Origin: Mobula hypostoma | Lineage: Eukaryota | DNA: 64,000 nucleotides | Reading direction: 5' to 3' | Assembly (NCBI RefSeq): GCF_963921235.1 | Contig: NC_086097.1 | Location: 256,372,001 to 256,436,000 of the forward strand | Shown here: positions 36,901-51,900 of the stretch, piece by piece | Layout: each line of letters starts with the position of its first letter | Position numbering within the stretch: position 1 is the stretch's first letter | Translations under genes and position numbers: made by a program | The notes under the pieces: model-generated | Told to the model about the DNA's origin: nothing | Databases searched by the model: none | Seen by the model: only the letters and a program-made list of their open reading frames with translations

Positions 36901-39900
36901 AGGACTCAGGGACTCAGGGACGAGGATGAGGGACTCAGGGATGAGGACGAGGATGAGGACTCAGGGACTCAGGGACGAGGATGAGGGACGAGGATGAGGA
37001 CTCAGGGATGAGAGGATGAGGGACGAGGATGAGGATGGAGGGACGAGGGACTCAGGGACGAGGATGAGGGACTCAGGGACGAGGATGAGGACTCAGGGAC
37101 GAGGACTCAGGGACTCAGGATGAGGACTCAGGGATGAGGGACGAGGGACGAGGGACGAGGATGAGGACGAGGATGGAGGGACGAGGACTCAGGATGAGGG
37201 ACGAGGACTCAGGATGGAGGGACGAGGACGAGGACTCAGGGACTCAGAGGACTCAGGGATGAGGGACGAGGGACGAGGATGGAGGGACTCAGGGACGAGG
37301 ATGAGGATGGAGGGACTCAGGGACGAGGACTCAGGGACTCAGGATGGAGGATGAGGATCAGGATGGAGGGACTCAGGGACTCAGGACGAGGACTCAGGGA
37401 CTGAGGACTCAGGATGAGGACTCAGGATGGAGGATGAGGGACTCAGGGACTCAGGGATGAGGATGAGGGACTCAGGGACTGAGGATGAGGGACTCAGGGA
37501 TGGAGGGACTCAGGGACTGAGGATGAGGATGAGGACTCAGGGACGAGGACTCAGGACTCAGGGATGAGGGACTCAGGGACTCAGGATGAGGGACTCAGGG
37601 ACTCAGGGACTCAGGGACGAGGGACTCAGGGACGAGGACTCAGGGACTGAGGACGAGGACTCAGGACGAGGACTGGAGGGACGAGGATGAGGGACGAGGA
37701 TGAGGGACGAGGATGGGGACTCAGGACTCAGGACTCAGGGACGAGGATGAGGACTCAGGGACTCAGGATGAGGACTCAGGATGCAGGGACTCAGGATGAG
37801 GGACGAGGATGAGGACGAGGGACGAGGATGAGGGATGAGGACTCAGGGAGGAGGGACGAGGGACTCAGGGACTCAGGACGAGGACTCAGGGACTCAGGAT
37901 GAGGGACGAGGATGCAGGACGAGGGACTCAGGATGGAGGGACTCAGGGACGAGGATGAGGACTCAGGACTGAGGGACGAGGACGAGGACTCAGGACGAGG
38001 ACTCAGGATGAGGGACTGAGGATGAGGATGAGGACGAGGGACTCAGGGACTCAGGATGAGGACGAGGACGAGGATGCAGGGACGAGGGACTGAGGGACTC
38101 AGGATGAGGACGAGGATGGAGGGACGAGGGACGAGGGACTCAGGATGAGGATGGAGGACTCAGGGACGAGGGACTCAGGGACTCAGGATGAGGGACGAGG
38201 ACTCAGGGACGAGGACTCAGGATGGAGGGACGAGGACTCAGGGACGAGGACTCAGGATGGAGGGACGAGGATGAGGACTCAGGGACTCAGGGACTCAGGA
38301 TGGAGGGACGAGGATGCAGGGACTCAGGGACGAGGGACTCAGGATGGAGGACTCAGGGACTCAGGATGAGGGACGAGGATGGGGACGAGGACGAGGGACT
38401 CAGGATGAGGGACTCAGGGACTCAGGATGCAGGATGAGGGACGAGGGACTCAGGACTCAGGGACGAGGACTCAGGGACTCAGGATGAGGATGAGGACTCA
38501 GGGACGAGGATGCAGGGACTCAGGGACGAGGACTCAGGATGCAGGGACGAGGATGGAGGACTCAGGGACGACAGGGACTCAGGACTCAGGACTCAGGATG
38601 AGGACTCAGGGACGAGGATGAGGACTCAGGATGAGGACTCAGGGACGAGGATGGAGGGACGAGGATGAGGATGAGGACTCAGGGACTCAGGATGAGGATG
38701 AGGACGAGGATGAGGACTCAGGGACTCAGGGACTCAGGGACTGAGGATGAGGGACTCAGGGACGAGGATGAGGGACGAGGGACGAGGATGAGGACTCAGG
38801 GACTCAGAGGATGCAGGATCAGGACGAGGACGAGGACTCAGGATGAGGACTCAGGGACTCAGGATGGAGGGACGAGGGACTCAGGGACTCAGGATGAGGA
38901 TGAGGACTCAGGGATGAGGACGAGGACTCAGGGACTCAGGGATGAGGGACTCAGGATGAGGGACGAGGGACTCAGGATGGAGGACTCAGGGACGAGGACT
39001 CAGGGACTCAGGGACGAGGATGAGGGACTCAGGACTCAGGATGAGGACTCAGGAGGACGAGGATGAGGATGCAGGGACGAGGACTCAGGGACTGAGGACT
39101 CAGGGACTGAGGATGAGGGACGAGGGACTCAGGACTCAGGGACGAGGATGAGGGACTGAGGATGGAGGATGCAGGGACGAGGATGAGGGACTCAGGATGG
39201 AGGGACGAGGATGAGGACTCAGGATGAGGGACGAGGATGAGGATGAGGATGAGGGACTCAGGATGAGGACGAGGATGAGGATGCAGGGACTGGAGGGACG
39301 AGGACGAGGAGGACTCAGGGACGAGGATGGAGGACGAGGACTCAGGGACTCAGAGGACTCAGGGACGAGGATGCAGGGACTCAGAGGACTCAGGGACGAG
39401 GATGAGGATGAGGATGAGGGACGAGGATGGAGGATGGAGGACTCAGGGACTCAGGACTCAGGGACTCAGGGACTCAGGACGAGGACTCAGGGACTCAGGA
39501 TGAGGATGCAGGGACTCAGGATGAGGACGAGGATGCAGGATGAGGATGAGGGACTCGAGGACTGAGGACTCAGGGACGAGGACGAGGATCAGGGACTAGG
39601 GACTCAGGGACTCAGGACTGAGGACGAGGGACTGAGGGATCGAGGACTCAGGGACTGAGGATGCAGGATGAGGACGAGGACGAGGGACGAGGATGCAGGA
39701 TGAGGACTCAGGACTGAGGGACTCAGGGACTCAAGGATGGAGGGATGAGGACTCAGGACGAGGATGAGGGACGAGGATGGAGGGACGAGGACTCAGGGAT
39801 GGAGGACTCAGGGATGAGGGACTCAAGGATGGAGGATGGAGGACTCAGGATGCAGGGATGGAGGACTCAGGGACGAGGATGGAGGGACTCAGGATGGAGG

Positions 39901-42900
39901 ACGAGGGACTCAGGACTCAGGACTGAGGACTCAGGATGAGGACTCAGGATGGAGGACGAGGGACTGAGGGACGAGGGACTCAGGGACTCAGGACTCAGGA
40001 CTGAGGGATGAGGATGAGGGACTCAGGACTGAGGGACTAGGACTGAGGGACGAGGATGGAGGACTCAGGACTGAGGACTCAGGATGAGGATGGAGGATGA
40101 GGGATGAGGGACGAGGACTCAGGGACTCAAGGATGAGGACTGAGGGACTCAGGGACTGAGGACGAGGATGAGGACTCAGGATGAGGATGAGGACTGAGGG
40201 ACTCAGGGACTGAGGGACGAGGGACTCAGGGACGAGGATGGAGGGACTGAGGACTCAGGATGCAGGGACGAGGACTCAGGACGAGGGACTGAGGGACGAG
40301 GATGCAGGATGCAGGGACTGAGGATCAAGGACGAGGGACTCAGGGACTGAGGACGAGGACTCAGGATGAGGACTCAGGACTCAGGGACGAGGATGAGGAT
40401 GAGGATGGAGGGACTCAGGGACGAGGATGGAGGACGAGGGATGAGGACTGAGGACTCAGGGACGAGGATGGAGGATGAGGGACGAGGACTCAGGGATGAG
40501 GGACTCAGGGACGAGGACTCAGGGACTCAGGATGAGGATGGAGGATGAGGATGAGGACGAGGACTCAGGGACGAGGGACTCAGGATGAGGATGGAGGGAC
40601 GAGGATGGAGGGACTCAGGGACTCAGGGACGAGGACTCAGGGACGAGGGACGAGGACTCAGGGATGGATGAGGGACTGAGGATGCAGGATGAGGACTCAG
40701 GATGAGGACTCAGGGACGAGGACTCAGGGACGAGGATGAGGGATGGAGGACTCAGGACGAGGACTCAGGGACTCAGGGACGAGGGACGAGGGACTCAGGA
40801 CTCAGGATGGAGGACTCAGGATGCAGGGACGAGGACTCAGGGACGAGGATGGAGGGACGAGGATGGAGGGACTCAGGACTCAGGGACTCAGGATGAGGAC
40901 TCAGGACGAGGGACTCAGGATGGAGGGAGGATGAGGGACGAGGATGGAGGGACTCAGGGATGAGGACTCAGGATGCAGGACTCAGGATGAGGGACGAGGA
41001 TGGAGGGACTCAGGACTGAGGACTGGAGGACTCAGGACTCAGGGACTCAGGACGAGGACTCAGGGACGAGGATCGGGACGAGGATGCAGGACGAGGATGC
41101 AGGGACTCAGGGACGAGGATGCAGGGACTCAGGATGGAGGATGCAGGACTCAGGGATGAGGACGAGGACTCAGGGACTCAGGACTCAGGGACTGAGGGAC
41201 GAGGACTCAGGGACTCAGGGACTCAGGGACGAGGACTAGGATGCAGGATGGAGGGACTCAGAGGACTCAGGGACGAGGACTCAGGACTCAGGGACTCAGG
41301 GACTCAGGACTCAGGACGAGGGACTGAGGGACTGAGGGACTCAGGATGAGGGACTCGAGGGACGAGGGACTGAGGGACTCAGGGACGAGGGACTGAGGAT
41401 GAGGATGTGAGGGACTCAGGGACTCAGGGACTCAGGGACTCAGGACTGAGGGACGAGGACTGAGGACTCAGGGAGGACTCAGGACTGAGGGACGAGGACT
41501 CAGGGATGAGGACGAGGACTGAGGGACGAGGATGCAGGGACGAGGATGCAGGGACGAGGGACTCAGGATGGAGGGACTCAGGGACTGAGGACGAGGATGG
41601 AGGGACGAGGACACGAGGATGGAGGGACGAGGATCAGGGACGAGGACTCAGGGACTCAGGGACGAGGATGGAGGACTCAGGGACGAGGATGAGGGACGAG
41701 GGACTCAAGGGACTCAGGGACTCAGGGATGAGGACTCAGGGACGAGGATGCAGGGATGGAGGACGAGGATGCAGGACTCAGGGACTCAGGACGAGGGACG
41801 AGGATGGAGGACGAGGATGAGGGACGAGGGACTCAGGGATGGATCAGGGACTGAGGATGAGGACGAGGACTCAGGGACTCAGGATGAGGGACTGAGGGAC
41901 TCAGGATGAGGACTCAGGATGAGGACGAGGATGGAGGGACGAGGACTCAGGATGCAGGGACTCAGGATGGAGGGACGAGGATGAGGATGAGGACGAGGAC
42001 TCAGGATGAGGATGAGGACTCAGGATGAGGATGAGGGACGAGGATGGAGGGACGAGGATGGAGGACTCAGGGATGAGGGACTCAGGGACTCAGGACTCAG
42101 GGACTCAGGATGAGGACGAGGACTCAGGGACTCAGGGACTCAGGATGAGGATGAGGATGGAGGGACTCAGGATGAGGACTCAGGACTCAGGGACTCAGGA
42201 TGGAGGGATGCAGGGACTCAGGACTCAGGGACTGAGGGACGAGGATGGAGGATGCAGGGACTCAGGGACGAGGACTCAGGACTCAGGGACTCAGGATGAG
42301 GACTCAGGGACTGAGGATGGAGGGACGAGGATGGAGGATGAGGACTCAGGGACTCAGGACTCAGGACTCAAGGACTCAGGGATGAGGACTCAGGGACTCA
42401 GGACTCAGGGACGAGGGACTCAGGATGGAGGATGCAGGGACTCAGGGACGAGGATGAGGACTCAGGATGGACGAGGATGGAGGATGAGGATGAGGGACTC
42501 AGGTGCAGGATGGAGGACTCAGGGACGAGGATGGAGGGACGAGGATGAGGATGACGAGGGACTCAGGATGGAGGACTCAGGGATCGAGGACTCAGGACGA
42601 GGACGAGGATGGAGGATGAGGGACTCAGGGACTCAGGGACGAGGATGAGGGACGAGGATGGAGGACTCAGGGACGAGGACTCAGGAGGGACGAGGGACGA
42701 GGATGAGGATGGAGGGACGAGGATGAGGACTCAGGATGAGGGACTCAGGGACGAGGGACTCAGGGATGAGGACTGAGGACTGGAGGATGAGGACGAGGAT
42801 GGAGGGACTCAGGATGGAGGACTCAGGATGAGGATGAGGACGAGGACGAGGACTCAGGGACTCAGGGACGAGGACTCAGGGACTCAGGATGGAGGGACGA

Positions 42901-45900
42901 GGATCAGGATGGAGGACGAGGATGGAGGGACTCAGGGATGAGGACTCAGGGACTCAGAGGATGAGGGACTCAGGATGAGGACTCAGGGAGGGATGGAGGA
43001 TGGAGGGACGAGGATGGAGGATGAGGACGAGGGATGGAGGACGAGGGACGAGGATGAGGACGAGGATGGAGGGACGAGGGACGAGGACTCAGGATGAGGA
43101 TGGAGGACGAGGATGAGGGACTCAGGATGGAGGACTCAGGGACGAGGACTCAGGATGGAGGACGAGGATGAGGACGAGGACTCAGAGGGACGAGGACTCA
43201 GGATGAGGACTCAGGATGCAGGGACTGGACGAGGATGAGGACTCAGGGACTGAGGACTCAGGGACTCAGGATGCAGGGACGAGGACTCAGGATGCAGGAC
43301 TCAGGGACTCAGGATGGATGAGGACTCAGGATGGAGGGACGAGGATGCAGGGACTCAGGACTGAGGGACTCAGGATGCAGGGACGAGGGACGAGGGACTC
43401 AGGATGGAGGGACTCAGGACGAGGAGGACGAGGGACTCAGGGACTCAGGGACTCAGGACTGAGGACTCAGGGACGAGGACTCAGGACTGAGGGACTCATG
43501 AGGACTCAGGGACTCAGGACTCAGGGACGAGGATGAGGGACTCAGGGACGAGGATGGAGGGACTCAGGGACGAGGACTCAGGACTCAGGATGAGGATGCA
43601 GGGACGAGGACTCAGGACGAGGACTCAGGACTGAGGATGCAGGGACGAGGATGGAGGGACGAGGATCTGAGGACGAGGACTCAGGACTCAGGGACGAGGG
43701 ACTCAGGGACTCAGGGACGAGGGACTAGGACTCAGGATGCAGGGACGAGGATGGAGGGACTCAGGGACGAGGGATGAGGGACTCAGGGACTCAGGGACGA
43801 GGATGCAGGGACTCAGGGACGAGGACTCAAGGGACGAGGATGGAGGGACGAGGGACTCAGGGACTGAGGGACTCAGGGATGGAGGGACGAGGATGGAGGA
43901 TGGAGGGACTCAGGGACTGAGGGACGAGGACTCAGGATGGAGGGACTGAGGACGAGGACTGAGGACTCAGGGACGAGGATGGAGGGACGAGGGACGAGGG
44001 ACTCAGGGACTCAGGACTCAGGGACGAGGACGAGGATGGAGGGACGAGGATGGAGGATGAGGACGAGGATGAGGACGAGGACGAGGGACGAGGATGAGGA
44101 TGCAGGGACTGAGGGACGAGGACTCAGGGATGGAGGGACTCAGGGACGAGGATGGAGGACGAGGATGGAGGGACGAGGGACTCAGGATGGACGAGGATGA
44201 GGACGAGGACGAGGGACGAGGATGGAGGGACGAGGACTCAGGATGCAGGATGAGGATGAGGACTCAGGATGAGGACGAGGGACTCAGGATGAGGACTCAG
44301 GGATGAGGGACTCAGGACGAGGACTCAGGGACGAGGGACGAGGATGAGGGACGAGGACGAGGGACGAGGGATGAGGATGAGGGACTCAGGGACGAGGATG
44401 AGGACGAGGATGAGGACGAGGACGAGGACGAGGATGAGGATCAGGGACTCAGGATGGAGGGACGAGGGACTCAGGGATGAGGACTCAGGACGAGGATGAG
44501 GGACGAGGACGAGGACTCAGGATGAGGGACGAGGACGAGGGACGAGGACGAGGACTCAGGACTCAGGGAGGATGGAGGGACGAGGATGAGGATGAGGATG
44601 AGGGACTCAGGGACTCAGGACTCAGGGACGAGGATGCAGGATGAGGACTCAGGACTCAGGGACGAGGATGCAGGGACTCAGGACTGAGGACTCAGGATGG
44701 GACGAGGATGCAAGGACTCAGGGACTGAGGGACGAGGGACTCAGGGATGAGGATGAGGGACTCAGGATGGAGGGACTCAGGGACGAGGACTCAGGACTCA
44801 GGGACGAGGATGAGGACTCAGGGACTCAGGGACTCAGGACTCAGGGACGAGGACTCAGGACTCAGGGACTGAGGGACTCAGGAGGATGAGGATGGAGGAT
44901 GAGGGACGAGGACTCAGGATGCAGGACTCAGGGACGAGGGACTCAGGGACGAGGACTCAGGATGGACGACTCAGGGACTCAGGGACGAGGATGGAGGGAC
45001 TCAGGGACTCAGGATGCAGGGACGAGGGACTCAGGGACTCAGGACGAGGATGAGGGACGAGGACGAGGATGGAGGGACGAGGATGAGGGACGAGGATGAG
45101 GACTCAGGATGGAGGATGGAGGATGAGGGACTCAGGACTCAGGGACGAGGGACGAGGGACTCAGGATGGAGGGACTCAGGGACTCAGGGACGAGGGACGA
45201 GGATGAGGGACTCAGGGACTCAGGGACTGAGGGACGAGGGACGAGGATGGAGGGACGAGGATGAGGATGAGAGGATGAGGACTCAGGATGAGGATGGAGG
45301 GACGAGGACGAGGATGGAGGGACGAGGATGGAGGACGAGGATGGAGGGACTCAGGACGAGGATGGAGGGACGAGGGACGAGGGACTCAGGATGGAGGGAC
45401 TCAGGGATGAGGACGAGGGACTGAGGACTCAGGATGGAGGGACGAGGATGGAGGGACTCAGGGACGAGGATGAGGACGAGGATGCAGGACTCAGGGACGA
45501 GGATGAGGATGGAGGGACGAGGATGGAGGGACTCAGGGACGAGGACGAGGGACGAGGACTCAGGGACGAGGGACGAGGATGGAGGGACGAGGACGAGGAC
45601 GAGGACTCAGGGACGAGGATGAGGACTCAGGAGAGGACTCAGGGACTCAGGGACGAGGACGAGGGACGAGGGACGAGGATGCAGGGACTGAGGACGAGGA
45701 TGGAGGGACTCAGGGACGAGGACTCAGGGACTCAGGGACGAGGATGGAGGACTCAGGACTCAGGGACGAGGACTCAGGATGGAGGATGCAGGACTCAGGA
45801 TGAGGGACGAGGATGAGGGACTCAGGGACGAGGATGAGGACGAGGACTCAGGGACGAGGGACGAGGATGGAGGACGAGGACTCAGGGACGAGGATGAGGG

Positions 45901-48900
45901 ACGAGGATGAGGACTCAGGAGGACGAGGGACTCAGGGATGGAGGGACGAGGGATGAGGACTGAGGACTCAGGATGCAGGGACTGAGGACTCAGGACTGAG
46001 GACTGAGGATGGAGGGACTCAGGACGAGGACTCAGGATGAGGACTCAGGATGCAGGGACTCAGGACTCAGGGACTCAGGATGCAGGGACGAGGGACTCAG
46101 GGACTCAGGGACTGAGGGACTCAGGACTCAGGGACTCAGGGACTCAGGATGAGGATGCAGGGACGAGGACTCAGGGACGAGGACTCAGGGACTCAGGACT
46201 CAGGGACTGAGGGACTCAGGATGCAGGGACGAGGACGAGGACTCAGGATGGAGGATGAGGACTCAGGGACTCAGGATGGAGGGACTCAGGGACTGAGGAC
46301 TAGGGACTCAGGACTGAGGACTCAGGATGAGGGACGAGGATGCAGGGACTCAGGGATGCAGGGACGAGGACTCAGGACGAGGGACTGAGGACTCAGGGAC
46401 GAGGACTCAGGACTGAGGATGCGGACTCAGGGACGAGGACTCAGGGACTCAGGATGCAGGATGCAGGGATGGAGGATGGAGGATGAGGATGAGGACTGGA
46501 GGGACTCAGGGACGAGGACTCAGGGACTGAGGGACTCAGGGATGCAAGGACGAGGACTCAGGGACGAGGGACGAGGATGAGGACTCAGGGACGAGGGACT
46601 CAGGGACTCAGGATGCAGGGACGAGGATGAGGACTCAGGGACGAGGATGGAGGGACTCAGGACTCAGGGACTGAGGATGGAGGATGGAGGACTGAGGACT
46701 CAGGACTCAGGGACTCAGGATGAGGATGAGGGACGAGGGATGAGGACTCAGGATGGAGGATGGAGGGACGAGGATGAGGATGCAGGGATGGAGGGACTCA
46801 GGATGGAGGACTCAGGATGAGGATGGAGGGACGAGGACTCAGGATGGAGGATGGAGGGACTCGAGGACGAGGATGAGGGACGAGGACGAGGACTCAGGGA
46901 CGAGGGACTGAGGATGAGGACTCAGGGACGAGGACTCAGGATGCAGGGACTCAGGGACGAGGATGGAGGGACTCAGGGACGAGGATGAGGATGAGGGACT
47001 CAGGATGCGGACGAGGATGCAGGGACTGAGGACTCAAGGACGAGGGGACTCAGGGACTCAGGGACGAGGGACTCAGGATGAGGACTCAGGGACTCAGGGA
47101 TGAGGACGAGGGACGAGGGACTCAAGGACTCAGGGACTCAGGGACGAGGGACTCAGGGACTGAGGACTCAGGGACTCAGGACTCAGGATGAGGGACGAGG
47201 ATGGAGGATGAGGGACTCAGGGACTCAGGGACGAGGATGCAGGGACTGAGGATGCAGGGACTCAGGGACGAGGATCAGGGACTCAGGGACTCAGGACTCA
47301 GGGACGAGGACTCAGGATGCAGGGACTCAGGGATGAGGACGAGGATGGAGGACGAGGACTCAGGATGCAAGGGACGAGGATGAGGACTCAGGGACTCAGG
47401 GACTGAGGACGAGGACTCAGGGACTCAGGGACGAGGGACGAGGATGCAGGGACTCAGGGACTCAGGGACTCAGGATGGAGGGACGAGGACTCAGGGACTC
47501 AGGATGAGGACGAGGGACGAGGATGGAGGGACGAGGATGCAGGGACGAGGGACGAGGACTCAGGACTCAGGGACTGAGGATGGGAGGACTGAGGGACGAG
47601 GATGAGGGACTCAGGACTCAGGACGAGGGACTCAGGGACGAGGATGGAGGATGAGGGACGAGGACGAGGATGCAGGATGAGGACTCAGGGACGAGGATGA
47701 GGACTCAGGGACTCAGGGACGAGGATGAGGGACGAGGACGAGGATGAGGACTCAGGGATGGAGGACGAGGACGAGGGACTCAGGATGGAGGGACGAGGAT
47801 GAGGACTGAGGGATGAGGATGGACGAGGACTCAGGGACGAGGATGAGGACGAGGATGGAGGACGAGGATGAGGGACGAGGACTCAGGATGGAGGGACTCA
47901 GGGACGAGGGACTCAGGGACGAGGATGAGGACTCAGGGACTCAGGATGAGGGACTCAGGATGAGGGACTCAGGATGAGGGACGAGGACTCAGGACTGAGG
48001 GACGAGGATGAGGATGGAGGATGAGGGACTCAGGATGAGGGACTCAGGATGAGGACGAGGAGGGACGAGGATGGAGGGACGAGGACTCAGGGACTCAGGA
48101 TGAGGGACTCAGGATGGAGGGACGAGGATGAGGATGAGGGACTCAGGGACGAGGATGGAGGACTCAGGATGAGGGACTCAGGATGAGGATGAGGGACGAG
48201 GGACGAGGATGGAGGACTCAGGGACGAGGATGAGGACTCAGGATGAGGGACTCAGGGACGAGGACTCAGGGACGAGGATGAGGGACTCAGGACGAGGACT
48301 CAGGATGAGGGACGAGGACTCAGGGACGAGGATGGAGGGACGAGGGACGAGGGACGAGGATGAGGGACGAGGATGAGGACTCAGGGACGAGGATGAGGGA
48401 CTCAGGGACGAGGATGGAGGGACGAGGATGAGGATGAGGGACTCAGGACTCAGGGACGAGGACTCAGGATGAGGGACTCAGGACGAGGATGAGGACTGAG
48501 GACTCAGGGACTCAGGACTCAGGGACTAGGGATGGAGGACTCAGGGACTGAGGACTCAGGGACTCAGGACGAGGACTCAGGGACGAGGACTCAGGACTCA
48601 AGGGACGAGGATGAGGGACTCAGGATGGAGGGACTCAGGATGGAGGACTCAGGATGAGGGACGAGGACTCAGGACGAGGGACTGAGGGACTCAGGGACTC
48701 AGGAACTCAGGACTCAGGGACTCAGGATGCAGGATGCAGGGACTCAGGGACTCAGGGACTCAGGATGAGGGACTCAGGACTCAGGGACTGAGGACTCAGG
48801 ATGGAGGGACGAGGACTCAGGATGAGGGACTGAGGGACTCAGGAAGGGACTGAGGATGGAGGGACTCAGGGACTCAGGGACTCAGGATGAGGACTCAGGG

Positions 48901-51900
48901 ACTCAGGGACGAGGATGAGGATGCAGGGACTCAGGATGGACGGGATGAGGATGCAGGACTGCAGGGACTCAGGGACTCAGGGACTCAGGATGGACGAGGA
49001 TGGGACGAGGATGCAGGATGAGGGACTCAGGGACTGAGGGACTCAGGACTCAGGGATGGAGGGACGAGGGACTCAGGACTGAGGATGCAGGGACGAGGGA
49101 TCAGGGACTCAGGGACGAGGATGCAGGATGGAGGGACTCAGGGACGAGGATGAGGACTGAGGACTCAGGGATGGAGGACTCAGGGACGAGGATGGAGGAT
49201 GAGGACTCAAGGGACTCAGGGACGAGGATGAGGACTCAGGATGGAGGGACGAGGATGGAGGATGGAGGGACTCAGGGACTCAGGGATGGAGGATGAGGGA
49301 CTCAGGATGGAGGACTCAGGATGCAGGGATGAGGACGAGGACTCAGGATGGAGGGACTCAGGATGGAGGGACTCAGGACGAGGACTGAGGGACGAGGATG
49401 AGGGATGGAGGATGGAGGGACTCAGGGACGAGGATGAGGATGGAGGATCAGGATGAGGATGGAGGGATGAGGGACGAGGACTCGGACGAGGATGAGGACT
49501 CAGGATGGAGGGACTCAGGGACTCAGGATGAGGACGAGGATGGAGGGACGAGGGACGAGGACTCAGGACTCAGGGACTCAGGATGAGGATGAGGGACTCA
49601 GGATGGAGGACGAGGGACGAGGATGGAGGACTCAGGGACTCAGGGACGAGGACTCAGGATGGAGGGACGAGGGATGAGGATGAGGACTCAGGGACGAGGA
49701 TGGAGGACTCAGGACTCAAGGGACTCAGGATGAGGACTCAGGATGCAGGGACGAGGATGGAGGGACGAGGATGAGGATGGAGGACGAGGGACGAGGGACT
49801 CAGGGACTCGAGGACTCAGGGACGAGGACTCAGGATGAGGGACGAGGATGAGGATGAGGACTCAGGGACGAGGACTGAGGGACTCAGGGACTGAGGGACT
49901 CAGGGATGCAGGGACTCAGGGACTCAGGGACTGAGGACTCAGGGACTCAGGGACTCAGGACTCAGGATGCAGGACTCAGGGACTCAGGGACGAGGGACTC
50001 AGGACTCAGGACTCAGGGACTCAGGGACGAGGACTCAGGGACTGAGGATGAGGATGGAGGACTGCAGGACTCAGGGACTCAGGATGCAGGATGGAGGGAC
50101 TCAGGGACTCAGGGACTGAGGATGGCAGGGACTCAGGGACGAGGATGGAGGGACTCAGGGACTCAGGAGGACGAGGATGAGGGACTCAGGACTCAGGGAT
50201 GCAGGGACTCAGGGACTGAGGGACTCAGGGACGAGGACTCAGGGACGAGGATGGAGGGACTCAGGGACTCAGGACTCAGGGACGAGGATGAGGACTCAGG
50301 GACGAGGGACTCAGGGACTGAGGGACTGAGGATGAGGGACGAGGATGCAGGATGGAGGACTCAGGGACGAGGATGGAGGGACGAGGGACGAGGGACTCAG
50401 GACTGAGGATCAGGATGAGGACTCAGGGACTCAGGGACTGAGGGACGAGGATGAGGACTCAGGGACGAGGATGGAGGACTCAGGATGCAGGGACGAGGAT
50501 GGAGGGACTCAGGATGGAGGGACGAGGACTCAGGATGAGGGACTGAGGGACTCAGGACGAGGGACGAGGATGGAGGATGAGGGACGAGGACGAGGACTCA
50601 GGGATGAGGGACGAGGATGCAGGGACTCAGGGACGAGGACTCAGGGACTCAGGGACTGAGGATGCAGGATCGAGGACGAGGATGGAGGGACGAGGGACGA
50701 GGGACTGAGGGACTCAGGGATGAGGGACGAGGACTGAGGGACTCAGGGACTCAGGATGGACGAGGACTCAGGGACTCAGGACGAGGACTCAGGGACGAGG
50801 ATGGAGGACGAGGAGGGACTCAGGATGAGGACGAGGGACGAGGGACTCAGGACGAGGATGAGGACGAGGACTCAGGGATGAGGGACGAGGGACGAGGATG
50901 GAGGGATGAGGGACTCAGGATGGAGGGACGAGGGACTCAGGGATGGAGGGATGAGGACTCAGGGACTCAGGATGAGGATGGAGGGACGAGGATGAGGGAC
51001 GAGGATGGAGGATGGAGGATGAGGACTCAGGACTCAGGGACGAGGATGCAGGGACTCAGGATGAGGGACGAGGGACTCAGGGATGAGGACGAGGATGAGG
51101 ATGAGGACTCAGGACTCAGGGACGAGGATGAGGGACTGAGGGACTCAGGACTCAGGACTCAGGGACGAGGGACGAGGGACTCAGGGACTCAGGGACTCAG
51201 GACTCAGGGATGAGGATGGAGGGACGAGGATGGAGGATGCAGGATGAGGGACGAGGACTCAGGGACTCAGGACTGAGGACTCAGGGACTGAGGACTCAGG
51301 GATGAGGATGAGGGACTCAGAGGATGCAGGGACGAGGATGAGGACTCAGGATCAGGGACGAGGATGAGGGACTCAGGGACGAGGGACTCAGGACTCAGGG
51401 ACGAGGGACTGAGGGACGAGGACTCAGGGACTCAGGATGGAGGACGAGGATGCAGGGATGAGGACTCAGGGACTGAGGGACGAGGGACTCAGGATGGAGG
51501 ACTCAGGGACGAGGGATGCAGGGACTCAGGACTCAGGGACGAGGGACTCAGGATGGAGGGACGAGGATGAGGGACTGAGGGACTCAGGACTCAGGGACTC
51601 AGGGACTCAGGGACTCAGGATGGAGGGACGAAGGGACTCAGGATGCAGGATGAGGACTCAGGGACGAGGATGGAGGGACGAGGACTCAGGGACTCAGGGA
51701 CTGAGGATGCAGGGACTCAGGATGAGGGATGAGGACTCAGGGACTGAGGGACGAGGATGGAGGGACTCAGGGACTGAGGACTCAGGGACGAGGACTCAGG
51801 GACTCAGGATGGAGGACGAGGATGAGGGACGAGGACTCAGGATGAGGGACTGAGGACTCAGGGACTCAGGACTCAGGGACTGAGGACGAGGATGGAGGGA